Origin: an uncultured Candidatus Peribacteria bacterium
Lineage (GTDB): Bacteria > Patescibacteriota > Gracilibacteria > Peribacterales > Peribacteraceae
Length of the DNA stretch: 64,000 nucleotides
NCBI GenBank assembly: GCA_964533375.1
Contig: CAZHLW010000001.1
Location: 144,063-208,062, forward strand
Reading direction: 5' to 3'
Shown here: positions 26,390 through 35,259 of the stretch, piece by piece
How positions within the stretch are numbered: the stretch's first letter is position 1
Layout: every line of letters starts with the position of its first letter
Notes under the pieces: model-generated
Databases searched by the model: none
Told to the model about the DNA's origin: nothing
What the model saw: only the letters and a program-made list of their open reading frames with translations
Position numbers and translations under genes: made by a program

Positions 26390-28726
26390 ATGTCCGATAC
26401 TCTGACAAATCTCCGCAAGCGTGTCGCCAGAGCGTCCACCATGTCCGGTGTGTACCGTTGGCTGGATAGCGACGGAACGATTATTTACGTCGGCAAGGCA
26501 AAGAACCTGCGGAACCGTCTGAAGAGTTATGTGCAGACGAATGCCATGAAAGATCAGGGGCCGTGGAAGCAATCGATGATCCAGCAGCTTGCCGATTTCG
26601 ATGTGACCGTCACGAACTCCGAACTTGAGGCGCTCATTTTAGAGACGAATCTCATCAAGCAGCATCGCCCCCGGTACAACGTGCTCATGAAGGACGACAA
26701 GAACTACGTGTACGTCCGCATCACGCTCAACGACCCCTACCCGTCGGTCGACGTGACCCGGCAATTACTGAAAGACGGCGCAAAATATTTCGGACCGTTC
26801 CTGAGTCCGTTTGAGGTGCGTCACACGCTCAACATGCTCCACGATTTTTTCCGGTGGAGAGGATGCGTTCCCGCAGTCGATGCGCTCAATCGTGCGTCGG
26901 GGGACCGGGAGGCGGTGTTCAATACCGGGAAATTAAAACCTTGTCTCGATTCGCAGATCGGCCAGTGTAACGGGCTCTGTGCCGGCATTGTGTCGAAGGA
27001 AGAATACCGGCGCCGTATCGACGAAGTCGTTCGCTTCTTCAAAGGTGACTACGATCCGGTCATTGCCCGTGGTCGCGAACTCATGACCGTCTACGCAACG
27101 CAGAAAAAATTCGAGCGCGCCGCAGAAGTGCGTGACACGCTGCAGATGGTGGAGCATATGAAGGAGCGACAACTCGTCTCAGACACATCCGGTGATGACG
27201 TCGATGTTGTTGGTGTCGCATTGCTCTCAGGAAAAGCCCATGTGGAAGTCATGCAGAAACGCATGGGAAAACTGATCGGTGAACATCACCTGTCGCTCAT
27301 GGGCAAAGCGGAATCGGTGGGCGATGTGCTCGAACAATTCCTGCCGCAGTACTACCAGGATGTTGTCGATCTTCCGGAGAGTGTTCTCATTGGCGAGACC
27401 TTCGAAGGAGTCGATGCACTCGAAGAATTCCTCACGCAGAAGCGCGGCAAAAAAGTGAAGATCCGCATTCCCGAACGCGGGACAAAATCACAATTACTGC
27501 AACTCGCGGAAACCAACGCCCACGAAAAAGCGAAGCAGGCGGAAGCAAGCTGGGAAGCGGAGCAGCGTAACCTCGATACCGCTATCAGTGAACTCGTTTC
27601 GTACCTTGGGCTGGAGAAAGATCCTGTCCGTATTGAGGGCTATGACATCTCGCATAGTGGCGGCACAGAGACAGTCGGCAGCATGGTTGTCTTTGTGAAC
27701 GGCAAGCCAAAAAACGATCAGTACCGATCGTTCACAATCCATACATTAGCAAGCGGCGTGATCGACGATTATCGCTCGCTGAAAGAAGTGCTGACTCGTC
27801 GCTTACGTCACATCGCGGGTGGATGGAAAATGGAAGAAGGCGAGTGGGAGAAGAGTGGGATCACAGTCTCGAGGGCGAAGAAGATCGAAGCGCCTCTTAT
27901 CGAGGACAAGGTATCGGTTATGGGTTATCAGTTATCGGGAGATGTAGTCGAAGAAGGAGCTGAGAAGAAAGTTTTTCCTTATGCGGATTTCATCGTCGCC
28001 CGACACGAGAGTGAACTTGTGGGATTTGTGAGATTGCATGAGCACGAGAGTAAAACAGTTGAATTATCAGCTCTCTGGATCGACGAACAATTCCAGCACA
28101 CCAAGCTTGGACAGTTCCTTATCCGCGCGATTCTCCGGACGGTAAAGAAGGGGAAAGTCTACGTGTGCATCGACCCATCGCTCGAACAGGACTACGCTTC
28201 GCTCGGGTTCCGGCATGTGCTCAAAAATCCCAAGGGTCTGGAAGAGTGTGGCGAGAAAATGGTGATGGTCTACGATTCTGCATCACAGAAAACAGACAGC
28301 TCGCTTGGCACACCGCCAGACTTGCTCGTGATCGACGGCGGCAAGGGCCAGCTCAGTACCGTGCACGAAGTCCTCAAACAATTTGACATCACCATTCCTG
28401 TCATCGGCTTGGCAAAGAGGGAAGAGGAAGTCTTTGTCCCCGGTAAATCCGACCCCATCATTTTCCCGCAGGACAGTCAGGCAAAATTCATGCTGATGCG
28501 CCTGCGTGATGAGGCTCACAGATTCGCAAACAATCACCGCAAGAAACGCATCTCCAAACACACATTCGAATCACAGCTCGATCGCGTGCCCGGGCTTGGC
28601 GAAGAGGGGAAGCGGAAGCTGCTCCTGAAGTTTGGTGATGTCGATACCATCCGCAAACAGAATGATGAGGCGCTTTTGGAAGTCATCACCGAAGAACAGA
28701 TTGCGGGGCTGCGGCAGATTTTGTAA
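26390..28726 (+). CDS. uvrC: Excinuclease ABC subunit C with ~168-aa internal insertion
   Basis: GIY-YIG (GVYRWLDSDGTIIYVGKAKNLRNRLKSY), UVR domain, endonuclease domain (IEGYDISHSGG...), PDLLVIDGGKGQL and a C-terminal (HhH)2. ATG at 26390 (MSDTLTNLRK) is preferred over 26369. Confidence 0.9.
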   Translation: MSDTLTNLRKRVARASTMSGVYRWLDSDGTIIYVGKAKNLRNRLKSYVQTNAMKDQGPWKQSMIQQLADFDVTVTNSELEALILETNLIKQHRPRYNVLMKDDKNYVYVRITLNDPYPSVDVTRQLLKDGAKYFGPFLSPFEVRHTLNMLHDFFRWRGCVPAVDALNRASGDREAVFNTGKLKPCLDSQIGQCNGLCAGIVSKEEYRRRIDEVVRFFKGDYDPVIARGRELMTVYATQKKFERAAEVRDTLQMVEHMKERQLVSDTSGDDVDVVGVALLSGKAHVEVMQKRMGKLIGEHHLSLMGKAESVGDVLEQFLPQYYQDVVDLPESVLIGETFEGVDALEEFLTQKRGKKVKIRIPERGTKSQLLQLAETNAHEKAKQAEASWEAEQRNLDTAISELVSYLGLEKDPVRIEGYDISHSGGTETVGSMVVFVNGKPKNDQYRSFTIHTLASGVIDDYRSLKEVLTRRLRHIAGGWKMEEGEWEKSGITVSRAKKIEAPLIEDKVSVMGYQLSGDVVEEGAEKKVFPYADFIVARHESELVGFVRLHEHESKTVELSALWIDEQFQHTKLGQFLIRAILRTVKKGKVYVCIDPSLEQDYASLGFRHVLKNPKGLEECGEKMVMVYDSASQKTDSSLGTPPDLLVIDGGKGQLSTVHEVLKQFDITIPVIGLAKREEEVFVPGKSDPIIFPQDSQAKFMLMRLRDEAHRFANNHRKKRISKHTFESQLDRVPGLGEEGKRKLLLKFGDVDTIRKQNDEALLEVITEEQIAGLRQIL

Positions 28727-28788
28727 TTGCTCTTGTAAACAGAGAGGGAGAGGATTTTAATGAGGCCTTTAGTATTCTCCATCAATAT

Positions 28789-29790
28789 ATGAGCGCAGCT
28801 TCTAAGGTCGGACTCATTATGGGATCGCAATCAGATTACCCTGGCAATCTCGATGAATTATTAGATACGAATCCTTCACTGGAAGTTTTATGGAAAGAGA
28901 TGAAGATGGCCAAAGCAGAATATGAACTTGCACTTTGGGGTGTGCCTGTAGATACCCATGTTGTCTCTGCTCATCGCACTCCAGCTGAAATGGAAGAATA
29001 CGCACGAACTGCAGAAGAGAAAGGCACGGAAGTGATTATTGCAGGAGCGGGTGGCTCAGCGCATCTTGCAGGTATGGTTGCCGCCCATACCGCACTGCCC
29101 GTTCTCGCGTCACCAATGCCAACGAAAAAATATGCAGGGGTAGATTCCATTTTATCCATGGGAGCTATGCCAACCGGTATTCCGAATGGAATGGTGCCGG
29201 TGAATCAGGCGAATCTGGCGGCCGACTTTGCTGTCCGCGCCCTTGCATTGCGTGATGCCTCGCTTCGCAGCAGGCTTCGAGATCTGGCGACACCTGCAGA
29301 CAATCCGTCCGTTGGTATTCTGACAGCTACGCCAAAAGAGGTGCATGTTCTTGCTGCAGTCGAAAAATTAAAAGAGTACAAAATAGCTTATACTCTCTAT
29401 GGAAACGTCAACGCTGCACGTGAAGAAATGTGCGATCTTTTCATTGCAGATGACCGACAGATTCTTTTGGATCTGGAACGGCTCGGTAAGCCCACTATTT
29501 CCATTCCGACACTCTCCAATGGACAAGATGCATTGGCGTCTTTGCAGGATCTCCTAGCTTTCCAGACTGAGCATCAATTGTCATTCGCTAATGTGAGTAT
29601 GGGAGATGGTGAAAATGCCGCGCTCTTTGCATTGGAAGTTCTTGGCATCAAGTACCGTGAACTGAGGGATGCATTGAGACAGCAACGTGGAGGCATGCGG
29701 CAAAATGTACTCACGACTCATGAATCTCAGGTGCAGAATTCAGCTGCTGGTGTTCGTGCCTATGTGCAACAGCAGAAAACTCATGAATGA
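28789..29790 (+). CDS. PurE-like (AIR carboxylase/N5-CAIR mutase fold) protein with a second, degenerate PurE-like repeat
   Basis: First half: VGLIMGSQSD...VVSAHRTPAEMEEYARTAEEKGTEVIIAGAGGSAHLAGMVAAHTALPVLASP. Second half: VGILTATPKE...PTISIPTLSNGQDALASLQ...GDGENAALFALEVLGI, which follows the same pattern without the SAHR/GAGG motifs. Confidence 0.7.
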   Translation: MSAASKVGLIMGSQSDYPGNLDELLDTNPSLEVLWKEMKMAKAEYELALWGVPVDTHVVSAHRTPAEMEEYARTAEEKGTEVIIAGAGGSAHLAGMVAAHTALPVLASPMPTKKYAGVDSILSMGAMPTGIPNGMVPVNQANLAADFAVRALALRDASLRSRLRDLATPADNPSVGILTATPKEVHVLAAVEKLKEYKIAYTLYGNVNAAREEMCDLFIADDRQILLDLERLGKPTISIPTLSNGQDALASLQDLLAFQTEHQLSFANVSMGDGENAALFALEVLGIKYRELRDALRQQRGGMRQNVLTTHESQVQNSAAGVRAYVQQQKTHE

Positions 29791-29851
29791 TTTCCTCGCA
29801 TTCATTTCATCATCGTTGTAGAATTGAAGACATTCATTCCCCTTTGATTCT

Positions 29852-30232
29852 ATGAAAAAACTTTCCCTTCTCCTCGGCACGCTCGGCGGCGCTATGGCGG
29901 GGTACGTGTTCAGCAACACCAAGCTCCGCGAAGAACTCTCCGGTGCAAAAGATGCTGAGGAAGCCGGACGCATTTTGGCCAAGCACCTGCAGACCGATGG
30001 TAAGAAAATCGGTCACGAAGTGAAGAACTTTGTCGAGAGCGATGTGGTGCAGAAGAATATGAAGAAGGCGCAGACGTATGTCACCAAGAACGCCAAGAAA
30101 CTGCAGAACGATCTGCAGGGGATGGTCGGTATGAAACCCTCCTCCGCTAAAGCTACGGCGGGTAAAAAGGCAGCTTCCGCCAAGAAAAAGACCGCAAAAA
30201 AGGCTGCAAAATCAGCAAAGAAGGCAAAATAA
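29852..30232 (+). CDS. YtxH-like small membrane-anchored protein with Lys/Ala-rich tail
   Basis: MKKLSLLLGTLGGAMAGYVFS, then a helical region and KKAASAKKKTAKKAAKSAKKAK. Confidence 0.55.
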   Translation: MKKLSLLLGTLGGAMAGYVFSNTKLREELSGAKDAEEAGRILAKHLQTDGKKIGHEVKNFVESDVVQKNMKKAQTYVTKNAKKLQNDLQGMVGMKPSSAKATAGKKAASAKKKTAKKAAKSAKKAK

Positions 30233-30327
30233 GATCGATTTTCCGTGATGGCTGCCGGTTCCCCTTGTCTAGCAGGGCCGGCGCCTTCATGATGTGTCAG
30301 ATTTTTTGAGCCATTCCCCACTTTTCC

Positions 30328-32412
30328 ATGGCGATGCTTCTCTCTGTGTCTTTGTCTCACTCCCTCGCAATTGTTGCGCTGTCCGGCGTTGTTGCGCTCA
30401 TTTTTGCCGCTCTCTTCCGATGGATTATCGGTCGTGAAAGCGACGGAACGGATGTCATGCAAAAGATTGCGGGCAAGATCCGCGTTGGTGCGATGGCGTT
30501 CCTGACAAAGGAATACTCCGTCATCATCCCGTTCATGCTGGTTGTGGGCGTGTTGCTCTATTTGTTCCTTGATGTCCGCATTGCAGCGGACGGGGAGCAC
30601 AACTGGGGTGCTCCTTATACTGCTCTTAGCTTTATTGCAGGTAGCATCTGTTCCGGTCTTTCCGGACTGATTGGTATGCGCACCGCCACCATGGCAAACG
30701 TCCGCACGGCTCAGGCTGCGCGCACAAGCATGACCAAGGCTCTGCGCATTGCGTTCATGAGCGGTGCGACCATGGGACTTGCCGTTGTGGGACTCGGACT
30801 CATCGGCTTTACGGCAGTGCTCTACTACCTGCTCCAGTACGTCAGCATGACGGCTGCATTGCAGTCCCTCACAGGATTTAGCTTCGGTGCATCCTGTGTG
30901 GCGCTCTTTGCCCGCGTGGGTGGTGGTATCTACACAAAGGCTGCAGACGTTGGTGCGGACTTGGTCGGAAAAGTGGAGGCAGGAATTCCGGAAGACGATC
31001 CACGTAACCCGGCTGTGATTGCCGATAACGTGGGTGACAACGTCGGAGACGTTGCCGGAATGGGAGCCGACCTTTTCGAAAGTTACATCGGTGCCATCCT
31101 TGCAACCATGCTCGTCGGACTGCACGTCACGTGGGGCATTGAATACATTGAGCGTGCGCTTCTGTATCCGCTCTTGGTCTCTGCCATCGGTGTGGTCGCT
31201 ACCATCATCGCAACGTACTTCGTTCGCACAAAGAAGGCAGACGGCGTACAGAATGCCCTCAAGAGAGGCATGATCATCGCATCCGTCCTTATGCTCATTG
31301 GCACCTGGTTCTTCACGAAAGCGTGGCTGCCGGTTGGCATCGCAAACGGTGTGTTCTTTGCAGTCACCGCCGGACTCATTGCAGGTGTGCTTGTGGGTGT
31401 CATCACGGAATACTACACATCCCACAGTTACCGCCCTGTCCGCGCACTCGCAGATTCTTCCAAGACCGGTCCGGGTACTGTTCTTATTGAAGGACTCGCT
31501 CTCGGTTACCTCTCCACCGCACTTCCCCTCATCGTGATTGTTCTCGCGATGGGTATTGCTTACGTTCAGGCCGGTCTCTACGGCATCGGTGCCGGGGCAG
31601 TCGGAATGCTGTCGACCCTTGGTATGACTCTCGCAATCGACGCGTTCGGTCCTGTTGCAGATAACGCAGGTGGCATTGCAGAAATGTCCAAACTTCCGCA
31701 CGAAGTCCGCGAGCGCACAGATGCTCTCGATGCTGCAGGAAACACCACCGCTGCCATTGGAAAGGGCTTTGCCATCGCCGTTGCAGGCTTCATGTGTCTC
31801 GCACTCTTCGGGGCATTCAAGGAAGAGTCCGGACTCGAAGCTATCGACGTCAGCAACGCATTCACCCTCATCGGTCTTCTCATCGGAGGTATGCTCCCGT
31901 TCCTCTTCAGCTCCATGACCATGCGCGCAGTGTCTCGCGCTGCCATCGCAATGATTGAAGAAGTCCGCCGTCAGTTCCGCGAAATCAAAGGTCTGATGGA
32001 AGGCACCGCAGAAGGCGACACCGCTCGCTGTGTCTCTATCGCAACCGGTTCCGCTATCCGCCAGATGGTGCTGCCGGGTGTGCTCGCAATTGTCTCTCCG
32101 GTGTTTGTAGGTCTGCTCCTCGGCCGCGAGGCATTGGGAGGTCTGCTGGCCGGTGCACTCGTAAGCTCCATGATGCTTGGTATGTCCATGGCGAACTCCG
32201 GTGGCGCATGGGACAACGCGAAGAAGTACATCGAATCCGGTAACCTCGGTGGCAAGGGATCCGATTCCCACAAGGCTGCTGTCGTGGGTGATACCGTCGG
32301 TGATCCCTTCAAGGATACATCCGGACCCGCTCTGAACATTCTCGTGAAGCTGATGTCCATCGTCTCTGTTCTCACCGCCAGTTTGTATGGTGTGAGCGGT
32401 TGGTGGAACTGA
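30328..32412 (+). CDS. hppA: Membrane-bound ion-translocating pyrophosphatase (K+-dependent type by the GNTTAA motif)
   Basis: GGIYTKAADVGADLVGKVEAGIPEDDPRNPAVIADNVGDNVGDVAGMGADLFESY; DAAGNTTAAIGKGFAI; GDTVGDPFKDTSGPALNILVKLM. Confidence 0.93.
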   Translation: MAMLLSVSLSHSLAIVALSGVVALIFAALFRWIIGRESDGTDVMQKIAGKIRVGAMAFLTKEYSVIIPFMLVVGVLLYLFLDVRIAADGEHNWGAPYTALSFIAGSICSGLSGLIGMRTATMANVRTAQAARTSMTKALRIAFMSGATMGLAVVGLGLIGFTAVLYYLLQYVSMTAALQSLTGFSFGASCVALFARVGGGIYTKAADVGADLVGKVEAGIPEDDPRNPAVIADNVGDNVGDVAGMGADLFESYIGAILATMLVGLHVTWGIEYIERALLYPLLVSAIGVVATIIATYFVRTKKADGVQNALKRGMIIASVLMLIGTWFFTKAWLPVGIANGVFFAVTAGLIAGVLVGVITEYYTSHSYRPVRALADSSKTGPGTVLIEGLALGYLSTALPLIVIVLAMGIAYVQAGLYGIGAGAVGMLSTLGMTLAIDAFGPVADNAGGIAEMSKLPHEVRERTDALDAAGNTTAAIGKGFAIAVAGFMCLALFGAFKEESGLEAIDVSNAFTLIGLLIGGMLPFLFSSMTMRAVSRAAIAMIEEVRRQFREIKGLMEGTAEGDTARCVSIATGSAIRQMVLPGVLAIVSPVFVGLLLGREALGGLLAGALVSSMMLGMSMANSGGAWDNAKKYIESGNLGGKGSDSHKAAVVGDTVGDPFKDTSGPALNILVKLMSIVSVLTASLYGVSGWWN

Positions 32413-32418
32413 ACGTGT

Positions 32419-32441
32419 CACACTGAGCTCGTCGAAGTGTG
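32419..32441. repeat. REP-like hairpin CACAC-TGAGCTCGTCGAA-GTGTG
   Basis: A 5-bp stem with the family's conserved 13-nt loop, 7 nt after the hppA stop. Confidence 0.7.
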
Positions 32442-32458
32442 CCTATCATGAAAATCTA

Positions 32459-32486
32459 AACAACCTCCGGAAGGGGGTTGTTTTTG
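32459..32486 (+). terminator. Rho-independent terminator after hppA
   Basis: Stem CAACCTCC / GGGGGTTG with a GGAA loop, followed by TTTTT. Confidence 0.7.
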
Positions 32487-32570
32487 TATTAAATTGTTGT
32501 AATTTATACAAGTCCAAAACGTTGTTTTTTCACATGTCCGTTTCAACCCCGTTTCAGTAAGGAGATCGAA

Positions 32571-33212
32571 TTGGTTACTTTTCCGCGTGTACTGGCTACA
32601 ACCAGCGAAGACAAAATTACAGAATGGAACAGGATTGTCAGGGCGCTGCACCCCGACATCGAAATCAGCCCCATAGCTCGGAAGGAAACACTCATGGAGC
32701 TGCAGGGGGATCCGGTTTCGATTGCTGTTACCAAAGCGATCGATGCATACTACCGAATTGGATCCCCGGTGCTCGTTGAGGATGTCGCTTTCATCCCTGC
32801 AGCTTTCAATGGTTTTCCCAGTGCCTACTATGCCCCCTGTGTGGGGAAGGGCATCGAAAACCATCGATTCCTGCGCATGTTCCTGGCGAGCGATAGTCGC
32901 GATGTTGTAGCGCTGACTCAGATCAGCTTCTATGATCCTGCGACCAACCAGGTGTACATCTCCAGTGGAGAGCTGGCGGGGACCATTCCGATGACTGCCC
33001 GTGGGAAGAATGGATTCGGGTTCGACGAGATCATTGTGCCAAAGGTGCATCCTTCGCCAGAGGTGAAGAATATGACTCTGGCAGAAATGACCAACGAGCA
33101 GAAGGATGCTGTTTCCATGCGACGGCTTGCTATTCAGAACTTGCTGGATGGCAAGTGGTCTGTGCAGCAGGCCAGCCAATCTCTGCTGGCGCGGTATATG
33201 ATCCTCGCCTAG
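32571..33212 (+). CDS. rdgB: Non-canonical purine NTP pyrophosphatase (HAM1/RdgB/ITPase family)
   Basis: LATTSEDKITEW..., VLVEDVAF and GFGFDEIIVP...MTLAEMTNEQKDAVSMRRLA fit the family. TTG start at 32571. Confidence 0.75.
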   Translation: MVTFPRVLATTSEDKITEWNRIVRALHPDIEISPIARKETLMELQGDPVSIAVTKAIDAYYRIGSPVLVEDVAFIPAAFNGFPSAYYAPCVGKGIENHRFLRMFLASDSRDVVALTQISFYDPATNQVYISSGELAGTIPMTARGKNGFGFDEIIVPKVHPSPEVKNMTLAEMTNEQKDAVSMRRLAIQNLLDGKWSVQQASQSLLARYMILA

Positions 33213-33351
33213 GCCATCGGTAATGGGTGGATTTGTGTTTCTACGTATTGGACGGCTGGCTTCTCGTAAGGGAGGCTGGCTGTTTTAAGTTATTTATTTT
33301 AACTTGTAGCCAGAATACAGGTTGTTGACGAAACATAAATAATGGATCAAA

Positions 33352-35208
33352 ATGTACAACCCTATGAAATTCAAAGGTTCTCTAGATGCGGCTCGGCGTG
33401 CGGATGTTACAGATGCAACATATGTTCCAGAAGAGCGACGTAAAATTGCATTAGAGCAAGCATTGCCTGGTGATTTGGGCCATGAGTTAAAATCTTTAAG
33501 AGAATCATTTCAGTCGATATTGGCTAGAAAAAAGGAAGCTTCATTACGGGACTCTGTGGCGCCTGCAGATTTAACGCGATCTCTCATTGCAGCACGCGAT
33601 GTGTATTTTCATAAAGTGCTTAGTTACAGAGATCAATACCCAGAATTCTTTTCGCCTATCTCTCGTAAAAATATCAGCGTAGATGTCCCACCCCCTCCTG
33701 CCGATAAACATGCTGCCGGACATACCATTCCTGTTGCATCCTCTTCATTAACATCTATTTTTCCAGGAAATTATCCTCATTATCAAAATTTCTTAGGAAG
33801 ACATAATGCTCTCTATCATGGGCCTGAGACGCTCTCAGCAGCTGGTGGCATGTTTATTGAGCCTCCAAGATTAAAAAGGCCTATAAAAGATGGTCTCTTG
33901 GAATTTCAGCAGAGACAACATGCTATTTGGCGTGAAGCACCATGGGTGAATCGTCAAAATACACGCGCAGACGTATTAAGATTATTGTCTCATTATGATG
34001 CGGACTTCACAGCTTTTGTTGTTGAGCCAAGAGGGAAAAATAAATTCAATTTTATTGGTGTGGTGGATCGTGACAGATTGATTCGTGAAGCCAGTACAGC
34101 AGAAGTAAAAGATTTCATGATGACCGATATTGATATAGAGGGCATTCGGGATATTGAGCCATTGGCCGCTGCACATAAATTAAAAAAGAAGCCATATCTT
34201 ATTCATATTGATGAGGATAATAGGCCCAAAATTCTCACTCGTCAGATGGCTGGCTGGCTTACACGACATAATCCGTTCAGACATGTTCCATTATCCAAAG
34301 ATTCAAAAGAAAAACCCAATAATAGAGGCCTTGGATATGTATCTTATATTGGTGTGAATGATAAAGATGCCGCACTAAAAGAGATCGAGAGATTATATAA
34401 AAAAGGACAAAGGCGTTTTATGATCGAAACGGCACATATGCATCGTACGGATACTGTGTACCATGTATTGGCAGAAGCAAGACAGCGGTGGCCTGATATT
34501 TTTATTGCAACAGGTACGGTAAGTACTGCCGAAGGCGTTGTTGAATTATCAACGTTTGCAGATGCGATCAAATGCGGCATTGCATTTGGTGATATATGTG
34601 ACACGAACGAGGTCGCTATCCAGCCTGCTGAATTGGAAATGCAGCTGGAGTGTGGGGCTGCAGCAGAAGGAGTTGTTAGTTTAATTATTGATAATCTTGG
34701 AACACGCAAACCATTCTTAATCAAATTAGGAACACAGGAATGCATTGCAGTACAAGGTGGTGGCAGCATTGCAACACGCCGTGATTCAGCAAACCCTATT
34801 GGCTTAGATGCGAATGGGAATCCCTGCAAACGTGTAGACGGTGAAGCCGGTCTTGCTGCGCTCAAACGAGGGCAGGAGGCGGCGGAGCCTACCATTGATC
34901 AACACATTGACGGATGGTTGGGTTATCATCTGGAAGGGCGCACAGGTGTTTGGAAAAGGGTACGAACGCCAGATACGTATATCGGCTTTTTGAATGAATT
35001 AGTCTCCGCTCCGAAATCAACAGAAAGTTATACAGGTCACGATAATCTGGCATCTTTCCAGGGTACTAGCCCAGGAGAAGGCGCGGAGTTACAAATTGTC
35101 AGAGGTCAAAACAGGCAGAAAAGTGATACAGAATTATATGTACCCATCCGTCCCGAAGAGGTCGATATCTTTGATGACATAAAAACCTATCAGGAAAAAT
35201 TCATCTGA
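33352..35208 (+). CDS. Divergent IMPDH/GMP-reductase-like protein with CBS pair and novel N-terminal region
   Basis: CBS-like pair (FNFIGVVDRDRLIREASTAEVKDFMM ... KKPYLIHIDEDNRPKILTRQMAGWL). The barrel half aligns by eye to the neighbouring GuaB (IETAHMHRTD.. / VDSGHGHSQY..; IATGTVSTAEG / MAGNVATYDG; GIAFGDICDTN / GVGPGSICTTR; HLEGRTGV / VAEGVEGL). Confidence 0.6.
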   Translation: MYNPMKFKGSLDAARRADVTDATYVPEERRKIALEQALPGDLGHELKSLRESFQSILARKKEASLRDSVAPADLTRSLIAARDVYFHKVLSYRDQYPEFFSPISRKNISVDVPPPPADKHAAGHTIPVASSSLTSIFPGNYPHYQNFLGRHNALYHGPETLSAAGGMFIEPPRLKRPIKDGLLEFQQRQHAIWREAPWVNRQNTRADVLRLLSHYDADFTAFVVEPRGKNKFNFIGVVDRDRLIREASTAEVKDFMMTDIDIEGIRDIEPLAAAHKLKKKPYLIHIDEDNRPKILTRQMAGWLTRHNPFRHVPLSKDSKEKPNNRGLGYVSYIGVNDKDAALKEIERLYKKGQRRFMIETAHMHRTDTVYHVLAEARQRWPDIFIATGTVSTAEGVVELSTFADAIKCGIAFGDICDTNEVAIQPAELEMQLECGAAAEGVVSLIIDNLGTRKPFLIKLGTQECIAVQGGGSIATRRDSANPIGLDANGNPCKRVDGEAGLAALKRGQEAAEPTIDQHIDGWLGYHLEGRTGVWKRVRTPDTYIGFLNELVSAPKSTESYTGHDNLASFQGTSPGEGAELQIVRGQNRQKSDTELYVPIRPEEVDIFDDIKTYQEKFI

Positions 35209-35259
35209 GGTATCTAATTTCCATTTGCCAAACCCCCCTCAATGGGCTAATAATAGCTC

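Noticed and set aside
30013-32421. 802-aa ORF on the minus strand spanning the whole hppA locus
   Set aside because: It is the antisense shadow of an unmistakable membrane pyrophosphatase gene. Its translation is Cys/His/Arg/Thr-rich low-complexity sequence with no motif. Long antisense ORFs are expected opposite such GC-rich, codon-biased genes.
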